Shown: piece by piece, positions 54,701 through 63,901 of the stretch
Numbering within the stretch: the stretch's first letter is position 1
Layout: every line of letters starts with the position of its first letter
DNA from: Rebecca billardiae RCC1528
Taxonomy: Eukaryota; Protista; Haptophyta
DNA: 64,000 nucleotides
Direction: 5' to 3'
Assembly (NCBI GenBank): GCA_965240325.2
Contig: OZ251223.1
Coordinates: 3,596,001-3,660,000, forward strand
Notes under the pieces: generated by a model
Seen by the model: the letters and a program-made list of their open reading frames with translations, nothing else
Database searches by the model: none
Told to the model about the DNA's origin: nothing
Program-made: the position numbers and the translations under genes

Positions 54701-57698
54701 CGGCGGCGCCGCGGCCGAGGCGGTGCGCTCGCACGCGCTGTTTGGCGCGCTGCCGCCGGCGCAGCAGCGCGGCGTGCTCGTGCACTTCGAGACAGACAAG
54801 AGCCAGTACCCGCCCGAGCGGGAGATGATGCCGCTCGGCTTCTGGTGGTCCGCCGAGTACGACGACGAGTCCGACGTCGCGGCCGCGCCCGCCGACAGCC
54901 GCGGCGGCGGCGACAGCGGCGCCGACGAGGCCGTCGACGCCGCGCCGGGCGGCGTGCGCGTGGTGACCGAGCTGCCGGCGCTCACGCTGATCGCGCTCGC
55001 GCTGGGCGCGTGCGCGTGCGCGTGCGTGTGCGCGCCGCTCCTCGCGCGCGCCGTGCGCGAGCGCACGCGCACCCTCGCCGACGTGCACGCGCGCGAGTCG
55101 CGCGCCACGCCGGCCAACATGCCGCCGTGCATCTTCCTGTCTCACTACAAGGGCGACGAGGGCGACGCGGCGCGGCTGCTCAAGCACCTGCTGCGCCAGC
55201 TCGTGCTGCCGGCGAAGGGGTCGGGCGCGCTGCGCGGGCGCGGCGCGGGCGCGGCCGCGCGCGCCGCCGCGCCGCAGGCCGTGCCCATCTTCCTCGACTC
55301 GGACGACCTCGTCGACCTGAGCGACCTCCTCCGCTCGGTGGTGCGCTCGCGCGTGGTCGTGCTGCTGTGCTCGCCGAGCGTGCTGCACCGGCCGTGGGTG
55401 ATGTGCGAGGTGGTGGCGGCGTGGATGCTGGGGAAGCCGCTCGTGCCGGTGTGGATGTACGACACCGCGTGCCGCCGCGCGCCGCTCCACCTCCCGCCCG
55501 CCCACGCCGACGCCATCTCCGCCACCCTCGCCGCCCTCGGCGCGGAAGGGCTCGGCATCGTGACCGAGCAGACGGGCGCGAGTGAGCCGCAGGTGCGCGA
55601 GGCGCTGGCGTCGCTCTCGGCGCTCGAGCCGAGGCTCGAGTTCGAGCGGAGCGGGCCGGAGGAGCGGCAGTGGGCGCAGGCCGAGCGCATCGCGCGCCGC
55701 GTCATCGAGCTCGGCTCCGCGCAGCCGCGCTCGGCCTCGCTGACGCGGCCGCGGCCGTCGCCAGTCACGCGGCCGCGCCTACGGCCAAAGCGGGCTGCAG
55801 CGAGCGCGCGCGGCGCTGTGCGCGAGCTCGCAGTGGAGAGCGCGGGCGCGGAGGAGGCCGGGCGGCGCGCCGTCGCGCCCGCGGCGGCGCCGCGGGCCGC
55901 AGCGACGGCGCCGCCCCGCATCCAGCGCTCCGCCTACTCCGACTTTGTGCAGCCAAACGCGGCGGCCGCGCTCATGCGATTCCGTGCCGACTTTCTGAGC
56001 GACACGCGCGCGCAGGTGCTCGCGAGCGCGCCGCTGGAGCTCAACACGGCGCCGGTGTGCCGCCGGTGGATCAGGCCGTCGCTCGGGCCGTCCGAGCTGA
56101 GCTCGACGCTCGCGCTGCTCGTCTGCTCGCCCCGGGACCTGTGCAACGCGCACGTGATCAAGCTCATCCTCGCCGTCCACCACCGGTACGGCGCGCGCCG
56201 GCTGATGGCGCCGTACCGCGGCGTGCTCGCGCTCTCGCAGCGCGAGTGGCGGCTGCCGGAGGAGGAGCGGCGGCATGGCGAGGGTGGGGAGGGCGGCGAG
56301 GGCGGCGAGGCCTCGCGCGGCGCGTGCGTGGGGCCCGCGGCTGACGCGGTGGCCGCACCGCCGCCGCCGCTCAAGCCACCGCCACCGCTGTCGCAGCCGC
56401 AGCCCCAGCCGCTGCCGGAGCTTCAGCAGCCGCCGCCGCCGCCGCCGCCGCCGCCGCAGGAGCAGCCGCAGCCTCAGCCGCTGTCGGAGCCTCAGCAGCC
56501 GCCGCCGCTGCCGCAGGAGCAGCCGCAGCCTCAGCAGCAGCCGCAGCGGCTCGCTCCGCTCAAGGCAGCGCAATCGGAGGGGCCGCCGCCGACGCCATCG
56601 CCACCGCGGCCGACTCCGACGGAGCCACTCCCATCCGACGGGCTGGCGCCGCCGCTGCCGCTGCAACCACCGCCGCCGCCCGAGGGCGCGCCCTCGGCCG
56701 AGCGCCGCGGCAGCGGCTTTGCAAGCGGGCTCGCGGCGGTGACGAGCGCTGCGGAGCGCGGCGCGCGCTCCGTGCTCGCGCCGGTCGCGCACCTGGGCGC
56801 AGCGGGCGCGCGCTCCGTGCTCGCGCCGGCTGCGCAGCTGAGCGCGGCCGGCTTCCGCCGCTCCCCGCGCCCCAGCGGCTCGGAGACCGACGACACGGAA
56901 GCGGAGGGCGCGGGAGCAGCAGAGGCCGGCCCGTTCGGCAGCGCGGAGGCTCGGGTCCGCGACCGAGTGACCCGGCTCGCGTCCGCGCCCAACCTGCTCG
57001 TGCTGCTCGGCGCCGGCCTGTTTGAGGACGCGCCGAGCGTGTGCACGATCGCGCTGGCGCACAAGCTGGGCGTGCACACCGTGCCGATCCTCGCGATCGG
57101 CGGCGGCTTCGACTTCAGCGCGTACGGCGCCGCGTGGATGGAGCAGCTGCTGCGCCGCGCCGTCTTCTCCGCCAAGGGCTGGGACTACCTCGAGCGGCAC
57201 GGGATCTCGCCGCCCGAGGTGCAGGCAGCGCTCGAGCACCTGCTCAAGGTGATCGCGCACCCGTTCGCGCCGCACGGCAGCTCCGAGCTGCAGTACGCGC
57301 AGGTGCGGGCCGTGCTGCACAGCCTGCGGCCCATCGGCGGCATGCACAGCACGCTGTGCCGCTGGCTGCCTTGGGAGGAGCGGGCGCCCGCGCCGCGCGG
57401 CGCCGGGGATGCCCGCCGCGCGCTGCCGCCGAGGCTGCGCGTGGAGGCGCGCAACGCGGGCGACGTGGACAAGCGCGTGCGCGTGCAGCGCGCCTCGCCC
57501 GGGCACGCACCGCTCAGGCCGGCCATCCTCAGCCCGTCGCAACGCCGCGCAGGAGCCTCCGCGTGGGCGGCGTTCAGCTCGTCGTCGGGCAGCACGTTAT
57601 TCCGCCTGCGCGGCTGTGGCACGGGCGTGGCGGCGGCAGCGGCGGCGGCGGCGGCGGCATCGACGAGCGAAGAGGGCGACAGTCTGCGGCGCGTGTGA
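51744..57698 (+). CDS. Single-pass receptor: signal peptide - TauA-like solute-binding domain - CUB-like/EGF repeats - TM - TIR - degenerate TIR (~1984 aa)
   Basis: Solute-binding part: LSGKVVAVSRHSTVHYHL, DPDAIERAWDEGEIDAAFTW, FARDHPEAV. EGF: CSGHGEC..CECDGGFYGSAC (x3). TM: LTLIALALGACACACVCAPLL. TIR: IFLSHYK...IFLDSDDL...VVLLCSPSVLHRPWVMCEV. Confidence 0.85.
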   Translation: MLRGVALLLAPAVALAGVVRVNVGAFFSETTPLAAIATYRLLDFEGTNHSYRFSFYNMQTGAHANAMLQAEDLDISVVGSPPWVLGTARRLRFTAVYVLSEAGGTSALVARAGSGIVNPTHLSGKVVAVSRHSTVHYHLLFLLDILSIPPSRVDIRFLDPDAIERAWDEGEIDAAFTWGTALEHVTRAGGHVVITSGQLGAWGRRAFNIVVARDAFARDHPEAVQRVVRVADAAERSLRVEPMAWELPGGGDEEEEGGARAGWTVFEGAAALNVAALVHARRHADALSQGGGRAGVDAQRWLARALNVSARTLNLTAAEEAEARAMVRDEPIGLRQYTFISTRAQLSAAWFGAGLLAEAANVLDFILEQKLLARRAGEDAAGWFDARWVRAALEARLEGLPEAVELAGPVPSDELLERLSLSDSEGAPLEAGSADDAGCNRAHVAELELGGASAGGAHWVSMLASSASNRTARTCAVLVRAPAADLVRVELSLLALDVLTDTLRVFSGPGALAAARVELSAEQARDGVAQAWAAAQAARAGNATLVADYTGMISARAAERGEDSRAVLAPLAVLAPPPLLIVLELDGHVYQPLGGWVQQGVALNVSAAACVSRAASCSGHGECAPDGLACECDGGFYGSACGAGRCMGTVEARRAPGEAAYGLTDGSYSLPGYAALRTAECRWVLSAPPGSLPVLDFDAIDVLPSAAHINVYAGRAPLLDALVVSLSGNFSRHELPTAISPTRLQLEIAAAAGGGSPDGRVEMLLTLRASEVSAPSRFDARFWARDAGGAGCAQAAGGEVCSGAGTCHADGTCECDAGRYGDNCWAAACLPGLPVLHTAREGELWSWPPAERAAGGAAAATNWHSLDCRWAIAPPATVASSRAGGAPRALRGLRFGLLDAARYRPEPFLDATVVTDLSASVTHVGLVWRGGDFCFADQECRNQGVCANAIYSTGTPGQCECRPGFWGVDCASPTTLFLGAAELLAPGGAAAEAVRSHALFGALPPAQQRGVLVHFETDKSQYPPEREMMPLGFWWSAEYDDESDVAAAPADSRGGGDSGADEAVDAAPGGVRVVTELPALTLIALALGACACACVCAPLLARAVRERTRTLADVHARESRATPANMPPCIFLSHYKGDEGDAARLLKHLLRQLVLPAKGSGALRGRGAGAAARAAAPQAVPIFLDSDDLVDLSDLLRSVVRSRVVVLLCSPSVLHRPWVMCEVVAAWMLGKPLVPVWMYDTACRRAPLHLPPAHADAISATLAALGAEGLGIVTEQTGASEPQVREALASLSALEPRLEFERSGPEERQWAQAERIARRVIELGSAQPRSASLTRPRPSPVTRPRLRPKRAAASARGAVRELAVESAGAEEAGRRAVAPAAAPRAAATAPPRIQRSAYSDFVQPNAAAALMRFRADFLSDTRAQVLASAPLELNTAPVCRRWIRPSLGPSELSSTLALLVCSPRDLCNAHVIKLILAVHHRYGARRLMAPYRGVLALSQREWRLPEEERRHGEGGEGGEGGEASRGACVGPAADAVAAPPPPLKPPPPLSQPQPQPLPELQQPPPPPPPPPQEQPQPQPLSEPQQPPPLPQEQPQPQQQPQRLAPLKAAQSEGPPPTPSPPRPTPTEPLPSDGLAPPLPLQPPPPPEGAPSAERRGSGFASGLAAVTSAAERGARSVLAPVAHLGAAGARSVLAPAAQLSAAGFRRSPRPSGSETDDTEAEGAGAAEAGPFGSAEARVRDRVTRLASAPNLLVLLGAGLFEDAPSVCTIALAHKLGVHTVPILAIGGGFDFSAYGAAWMEQLLRRAVFSAKGWDYLERHGISPPEVQAALEHLLKVIAHPFAPHGSSELQYAQVRAVLHSLRPIGGMHSTLCRWLPWEERAPAPRGAGDARRALPPRLRVEARNAGDVDKRVRVQRASPGHAPLRPAILSPSQRRAGASAWAAFSSSSGSTLFRLRGCGTGVAAAAAAAAAASTSEEGDSLRRV
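56355..56690 (+). repeat. Pro/Gln-rich low-complexity coding repeat (ccg/cag)
   Basis: PPPPLSQPQPQPLPELQQPPPPPPPPPQEQPQPQ... Confidence 0.85.
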
Positions 57699-57986
57699 GG
57701 GCGCCGCGCTGCAGATAGCACAGAGCCGAGGGCCCGTGCCGCGCAGAGTGGGCGTTGCCCCTTGCCGCCTCGCAATTGCAGCTCTCCAGCCAGCCTTCGG
57801 GGCGAGTTGTAGCGACATATTCGGGTGCGCGTGTCGAAAGGTCGCGTTGGCCGTTGGCGCCCATCGTGCACCGGTGTACGTACTTCTACTTCACTTGTGG
57901 AGAAAGCCGCCATGCGCCGCCGCTCCCCCGCGGAGTGGCTCGGGCCGGTCGACATTCGGAAGCACACGCCCATTGGGTACTCGCAG

Positions 57987-59615
57987 ATGTCCGACGAGTT
58001 CATCCGGGCCGACCGCTACACCAGCGTCTTCTGGCCCGGCGGTCGGTCGAAGGAGCCGCCGAGCGTTCTTCTCGCAAAGCGGATGGACGCGCTCTCCGTG
58101 GCGATCCGCCAGAAGGATGGGTGGGCGGAGAAGGTGCGGGACCCCGAGGTCGTGGCGCGATGGCGCGGTGAGGCGGTGTCGCAGGGTCTTGATCCGCTCG
58201 CCGCCGATCGCGTCATCCGCGAGCTCGACCACCTCGCGCGCACGCGCGTGTCGGCAGCGGGCGCGCGCCCCGCACCGGTGAACGGCTGCTTCGAGTCGGA
58301 CACCGCGCTCTCCGCGGAGCTGCTCGGCGCGCTGCAGGCCGGCGCGCGCGAGCTCGAGGGCGAAGGCCCGCCCGACTACCACCCGCTCAGCGACGACCTC
58401 GTCGTCGACCTCCTCCACCCGTCCCTCTGCCCGCTCGTCTCCGACCTGACGCACGTCCGAGCGGACGAGCCGCTGGCGAGCGTGCCGGCCGACGGGCCGC
58501 GGCGGTTCCAGTGGCTGCCGGCGGAGGTGGACGTGGGCGCGGATGGCGCGTGCACGTTCGCCTCGCCGATCAACGGCCTGCACCCCCGGCGCCACTCGGC
58601 GCTCACCCGCTCCATCGAGCGCGCGCTCAGCGCGTGCCTGCCTCTGCTCGAGGAGACGCTGACTGAGCTGCGGCGCGCACGTGCGCGCGCCATGCTCTCG
58701 AGCGCGCCGCCGTGCGGCTTCGACATGTACGCGCTGTGGGAGCCATTCGAGCAGTGGATCGAGCGCGCGTATCCCGAGCAAGCCTCCTGCGCGCCCGAGC
58801 ACATGGACGAGCTCGAGGACGTGTACCTCGACGAGTACCAGGAGACGCGCGAAGGGCAGCTCGGCGGCTGGCCCGCGCCGCTGCCGTTCGCGCCGCCGGA
58901 GCCGCCGCCGCCGGACCGGGTGGCGCGGCTGCGCGGCCGGCGGCTGCAGGTGATCGTCAAGATGTCGGACGTGCGCCTCGACGGCGAGCGCGCCTCGCGC
59001 TACCCGGGCGGCGCGTGGCACTGCGAGGGCGAGCCGCAGGAGTGCATCTGCGCCACCGCCCTCTGCTACTACGAGCTGGCAAACGTGGCGGACTCGCGGC
59101 TGCAGTTCCGGCGCGCGTGCGATGAGTTTGGCGTGGAGTACGAGCAGGACGACGAGCGAGGCGTGCGCGAGGTGTACGGCATCGAGCTCGACGGCGATCG
59201 CACGGCGGTGCTCCTTCCCGAGCCGGCGGGCGAGCTGATCTGCCGCGAGGGCCGCGCCGTCGCCTTCAACAACGTGCTGCAGCACAGGCTCGCGCCGTTC
59301 GAGGCCGCGCGCGCGGGCGCGCCGGCCGTGCGGCGCGTGCTCGCTTTCTTCCTCGTCGACCCCGCGGTGCGGATCCCGTCGACCGCGCACGTCGCCCCGC
59401 AGCAGGAGTCGTACATGCGCGAGCTGCTCGAGCGCAGCCCCCTCTTCGCGCGGCTGCCCGACGCGCTGCTCTCGCGCATCCTCGGCCTGGTGCCCTCTGT
59501 CTTCTCCAAGGAGAAGGCGGACGCGGTGCGGCTCGAGCTGATGGCGCGCAGGCGCCGGGCCGACGAGGTGATCGGCCACTCGTTCGGCGGCGAGTTTAGC
59601 CTGTGCGAGCACTAA
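57987..59615 (+). CDS. DUF4246-family protein (2OG-Fe(II) oxygenase-like)
   Basis: IRQKDGWAEKVRDPEVVARW; DYHPLSDDLVVDLLHPSLCPL; FQWLPAEV; LQVIVKM; YPGGAWHCEG; REGRAVAFNNVLQHRLAPF; FFLVDP; STAHVAPQQ; FSLCEH. Start could be 57912. Confidence 0.88.
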   Translation: MSDEFIRADRYTSVFWPGGRSKEPPSVLLAKRMDALSVAIRQKDGWAEKVRDPEVVARWRGEAVSQGLDPLAADRVIRELDHLARTRVSAAGARPAPVNGCFESDTALSAELLGALQAGARELEGEGPPDYHPLSDDLVVDLLHPSLCPLVSDLTHVRADEPLASVPADGPRRFQWLPAEVDVGADGACTFASPINGLHPRRHSALTRSIERALSACLPLLEETLTELRRARARAMLSSAPPCGFDMYALWEPFEQWIERAYPEQASCAPEHMDELEDVYLDEYQETREGQLGGWPAPLPFAPPEPPPPDRVARLRGRRLQVIVKMSDVRLDGERASRYPGGAWHCEGEPQECICATALCYYELANVADSRLQFRRACDEFGVEYEQDDERGVREVYGIELDGDRTAVLLPEPAGELICREGRAVAFNNVLQHRLAPFEAARAGAPAVRRVLAFFLVDPAVRIPSTAHVAPQQESYMRELLERSPLFARLPDALLSRILGLVPSVFSKEKADAVRLELMARRRRADEVIGHSFGGEFSLCEH

Positions 59616-60073
59616 GCTCGTTATGCTGACGACCTGAACGACGACGGGTCAGCTCAAGCCGTGGGCTGGGGCAGTACGACTATTATTATAATACCGTACT
59701 GCTGCTAGTAATACTCCGTACTCTCCGTCTCTCTCACTCTCAGCTCAGAGACTGCTCAGAGTGCTCACACGCACAGCTCAGAGTGGCATCGACATCGGAC
59801 GACGGCGGCATTGCCATTACGATTTACGTGATACGGCAGCGTATATATAATATCGTCGTCGATCATCATCGTATTCGTATATACTATATTCGTCAATGCT
59901 CGTCAGCAGTCAGACTCAGAGGCGTCACAGTCTGAGCCAGTCACAATTCATCACTCATCACACATGTATGCGCGCGCTCATCATCACATGCTGCTGCGCA
60001 TGACCGCGACTGATGTGATAGTGATGATCGTCAGTCGTTACAATATATCGTCTCATGAAACGTCATCAGGTCG

Positions 60074-62101
60074 TCAGTATTCGTCGACGTCAGCGTCAGC
60101 GCCCCGTCGGTCACCATTCACTCCGCTATTGCCGCCGTTGGCCTCAGGGCCGCCGCCCCGCTTGGCCTCCATCTCCGCGTCCCGCGCTCTCAGGATGCAT
60201 GCCTGTGTCATCGTGTGCCGCGCGCATACGCCGCAGGCGCACCGACGCAGCATGGCAATGATGGGTGCAGGTGGGCCGCCATCGCGCATCAGGGTCAGCA
60301 CGCGCCACTGCATGCCCACATGCGTGGTGCCGCTGCGGGCGGCTCGATGCCGCCGGAGGGGCCAGCAGGTGGCGGAGGCGCTCTCGGGCCAGCGCACGGG
60401 CGCAGGGCACGAGGCGCGCGGGCACGTGGGCGCGCGCACCAGTGTCTCGTCGAGGTCAACCAGCCGCTCGTCCGGCGCCATCTCTGTGAGTGCCCTCCAC
60501 TCACCCGCGCCGCGCGAGCCGGGCGGCACTCCCGCCCACGCGTGCGTCGGGGTTTCGCCGATGCTGGCGCCCAGCCCGCCGCGCGTGCCGCCGTGGCGCC
60601 TGCTCGCCTTCTCCTGCGCGGCGCGATCTTTGCGCAGGCGCCGCACGCTGATCGACGCCTCGTCCAGCGCGTCGAGCAGCGCCGGCAGCGAGGCCGCCTT
60701 CAGCGCCATGTGCTCAGCCAGTGACGTCTCGCCACTCAGCCGGCGCGCCGCGTCGCGCGCGCACCCGAGCGTGAGCAGCGCGCGGCCCCGCGCGAGCAGC
60801 GCGCCGATGGTGCCCTCGGCCATGGGCTCGAGGGTGTGCGTGAGCGCGACGAGGTACATGTCGCACCGCGCAAGCGACGAGGTGAGCAGCAGCTCGCGGA
60901 ACGCGCGCACGCGCCGCCACACCGCGCAGCCCTCGTCCGCATACGCGTCGAGCGCGGGCAGCAGCCGGAAGGCGATGAAGCGCTTGGTGGCGGAGCCCAG
61001 CTGCAGCCGCTCGTGGTAGTGCTCGCCGGCAAACTCGGGGAGCGTGATGCGCTCGAGCGGGAGGTGCGCCTCCTCCGCCCGCGCCGCCGGCTCCGGCGGT
61101 GCGGCCTGCGCGTCGGCGCCCGCCCCGCCCGCCGCGAGCGCAGCCGCTCCGCCCGGGTGCGCCGCCCGCGCCCCTGCGGCAGCGGCGCTCAGGCCGGGGG
61201 CGTGCGGCGGCCGACGGCCGATGCCGGCGGCACGGGCATGCTCGCGGCGCTCGAGCGCGCGCGCGTTGGGCGGCGCAGGCAGCTCGAGATCCGAGCGGAT
61301 CTTCGCCACGAGCAGCGTCGCGATCTCGGCGAGCAGCTCCGCCGCCGTGAGGGGCGGCACCGGGCGCGTCGGCAGGCCGTGCTCGGCCGTGCCGGCGCGC
61401 AGCCACGAGTGCCAGAGGTCCGGACGCCTCTGCCGGTGGCGGTCGGGCTGCCGCGAAGAGCGCGAGCGCGCGGCGGCGCCAAAGTCGCGCGGCGACCGAG
61501 CGCTCCTCGGCGTGGGGCTCGCGGGAAGCGCGTCGAAGCGCGAGCGCGTGCCGGCGCGCTGCACGCTCCCGCCGACGCCGGCGGGCGGTGGCCCGGAGAG
61601 GTGGGCCGTGGCGCTGTGCTGCCCGAGCCCCTCGGCCTGCATCATCAGGAGGGCGACGAGAGGGTTGGCGTCCTCGTCCCACCAGGGCAGGTCGTCCTGC
61701 CACAGCGGCAGCGCCGCCACCCCGCGAGCTGCCTCCGCTGCCTCCGCTGCGGCGCGCTTGCTGGCCAGCTCCTCGCGCGTCGGCCGAGCCGGGACCTTTG
61801 CTCGGGGCCCTCCGTTGCGCGGGGTGGCGAGGGCGAGGCCGGAGAAGTCGCTGTCGAGTTGTGAGGCGCTCGGAAGCGTCCTCACCGACGGCGGGGCGAA
61901 CACCCACGCGTCCTCGCCGTCATCGCGCGTGTGGGCAGCGCAAGTGGGCGGCGGCATCTGTGCCGGCGTGGACTGCAACCGACCACGCGCCGTGAGTGGT
62001 GCGCGCGCCGTCGACGCATCGCGAGGCGAGCGCGCTGCGGACACGCGGCTGTGGGTGCCTGGCGCGCGTCGACCTGCCGATGCCGGTCGCGCACTGCGCA
62101 T
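60074..62101 (-). CDS. Hypothetical protein
   Basis: Long ORF with GC3 bias in this frame; disordered N-half and helical core (LERITLPEFAGEHYHERLQ...). No family recognised; start uncertain. Confidence 0.6.
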   Translation of the reverse strand: MRSARPASAGRRAPGTHSRVSAARSPRDASTARAPLTARGRLQSTPAQMPPPTCAAHTRDDGEDAWVFAPPSVRTLPSASQLDSDFSGLALATPRNGGPRAKVPARPTREELASKRAAAEAAEAARGVAALPLWQDDLPWWDEDANPLVALLMMQAEGLGQHSATAHLSGPPPAGVGGSVQRAGTRSRFDALPASPTPRSARSPRDFGAAARSRSSRQPDRHRQRRPDLWHSWLRAGTAEHGLPTRPVPPLTAAELLAEIATLLVAKIRSDLELPAPPNARALERREHARAAGIGRRPPHAPGLSAAAAGARAAHPGGAAALAAGGAGADAQAAPPEPAARAEEAHLPLERITLPEFAGEHYHERLQLGSATKRFIAFRLLPALDAYADEGCAVWRRVRAFRELLLTSSLARCDMYLVALTHTLEPMAEGTIGALLARGRALLTLGCARDAARRLSGETSLAEHMALKAASLPALLDALDEASISVRRLRKDRAAQEKASRRHGGTRGGLGASIGETPTHAWAGVPPGSRGAGEWRALTEMAPDERLVDLDETLVRAPTCPRASCPAPVRWPESASATCWPLRRHRAARSGTTHVGMQWRVLTLMRDGGPPAPIIAMLRRCACGVCARHTMTQACILRARDAEMEAKRGGGPEANGGNSGVNGDRRGADADVDEY

Positions 62102-62500
62102 CTCTGCTGAGCCGTGGCACGTTGGCGGGTGGTCAGCGGCGGGCAGCGGCAGCCATCCCGGGCGCGAAACGGCAAGGCCAAGCGAGCAGAGCGAACGGCC
62201 GTCACTCTGTACTGCAAGCGCCACGCGCACTCCGTGCATCACTGATCACTGATGGCGCGCGATACATGCAGACAGCACGTCTGTCACGATGGACGAGTGT
62301 GGCTGCCGCCAATGGGGTCCTACTCGCAGTACCGTACGGGCGGCAGCTGACGGCACTCCCGCTGCCACGGCGCGCCCACGCCGACCGACCTCCTCCTCGG
62401 GACCGGCGTCGCGGTCACGGCGGCGTGCAATGGTGCATTGCTACCCCGTAGTATGCTCATTGGTGTGGAAGCACAGATCGCGCCCCGAGCGTCACGCGCG

Positions 62501-63901
62501 TCACTCGGGATTCGAGTCGCGGCAGCGGGCCGGGCCGGCATCCGGGTCGACGGCGGCCGTGGGCACCGGGCGGGTGGCAAAGTCGGTCGGCGTGGCCATG
62601 GTGCGCGCGCGCCTGCGCGCGTCGTGCGCCTCGTTCTGCATCACCGAGCCGTGCAGGATGTCGCAGTACTGCCACAGTGGCAGCGAGTCGAACGGCTGCT
62701 CGATGCGCGAGCCGATGTCCTCGATCCCGAGCATGAAGAAGCTGAGCACGAGCGCGACCGGCGTCGTGCCCGCCGGCCCGACAATCGGGTAAAGGCACGC
62801 GGGCAGCATGGTGCACCAGAGCAGCAGGAAGCGGGAGAGGTGGTGCGTGTACGGCGTGTAGATCGGCGTGCGCACGATCCGCTCGCACCCGCCCAGCACG
62901 TGGCTCAGCGCGAGCAGCCGCTCGTCCAGCGTGGCGCACGTGATCCGGTCGACCACGCCGGAGTCACGCATGCGGCCAACGAGCGAGCCCAGCTCGTGCA
63001 GCACGTGCAGCGGCCGGCCGTTGGGCGGGCACTCGATGAGCTCGCGCACGAACTCCTCGCCCGCGTCCGCCTCGCCCAGCCCGTCCGCCCACAGCAGCCG
63101 CACCTCGTCCCTCAGCGCGCCGTCGATGTCCCTCCGCACCTCTGCGGCCGTGCGGCCCTCGTACACGATGTGCTGATTGCCGCCGTCGGGCGTCACCTGG
63201 TACTTGAGGGTGAGGGCGAAGGAGGAGAGCAGGCGGATGGCGCGCGCGCGCTCGCGGCGCAGCGCCGGCGTGTCTGGCGGGATCGACACGAGGAAGCGGC
63301 TCGACAGGTCGCGGCAGAGGTTGAGCTGCGCGCCCCACAGCTGGCGCGCCTCGACGTACCGGCCGTGGCACGACTGCATGCGGAAGGTGACGAGCAGGCC
63401 GAGCGCGAAGCCGGAGAGCGAGAAGGGCTCGGTGGGCAGCGTGACCATGTCCGGGTGGAGCAGCAGGTCCCAGCCCGGCTGCTCCACGTACTGCGCCTTC
63501 GGGTCCTGCCCGAACTTGACGTTGTGCCAGACGAGCGCCTGCGAGCACGCCGCGATCAGGACGAGGTCGGGCATCAGCAGCCGGCGGAGGGTCTGCGAGA
63601 CGAGCAGCCCGGGGCCCCAGAGGCTGAGGTGCCGCGAGGCGCGCTCGTGCACGGTCCACTCGCCGAAGCTGTAGTTCACGTCAATCGGCACGCCACGCCA
63701 GTAGCGGCCGATGACCCGGCTGAAGAAGGATTCGCCGTCCAGGCCGGCGCGGCCGATGAAGCGCGAGCCGTCCGCGTTCACCTTCGGGCGGCGCGCGAGA
63801 ACCACCTCGCGCGACACCTTCTGCGACAGCCCACGGTGCGCGACACCGCCGAGCGGCCGCCATGCCACCGCGCGCGCCGCCGACGAGCCCAGCAGGCGCA
63901 T
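62501..63901 (-). CDS. Bestrophin-like anion channel (VCCN1/YneE type)
   Basis: GFALGLLVTFRMQSCHGRYVEARQLWG; GGCERIVRTPIYTPYTHHLSRFLLLW; LGIEDIGSRIEQPF. Confidence 0.92.
   Translation of the reverse strand: MRLLGSSAARAVAWRPLGGVAHRGLSQKVSREVVLARRPKVNADGSRFIGRAGLDGESFFSRVIGRYWRGVPIDVNYSFGEWTVHERASRHLSLWGPGLLVSQTLRRLLMPDLVLIAACSQALVWHNVKFGQDPKAQYVEQPGWDLLLHPDMVTLPTEPFSLSGFALGLLVTFRMQSCHGRYVEARQLWGAQLNLCRDLSSRFLVSIPPDTPALRRERARAIRLLSSFALTLKYQVTPDGGNQHIVYEGRTAAEVRRDIDGALRDEVRLLWADGLGEADAGEEFVRELIECPPNGRPLHVLHELGSLVGRMRDSGVVDRITCATLDERLLALSHVLGGCERIVRTPIYTPYTHHLSRFLLLWCTMLPACLYPIVGPAGTTPVALVLSFFMLGIEDIGSRIEQPFDSLPLWQYCDILHGSVMQNEAHDARRRARTMATPTDFATRPVPTAAVDPDAGPARCRDSNPE

Noticed and set aside
23496-57698. 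Sulfur gene cluster (two sulfotransferases plus taurine-binding receptor)
   Set aside because: The genes are 12-14 kb apart among unrelated housekeeping genes, and sulfotransferases are abundant in such algae. There is no evidence of a functional cluster.
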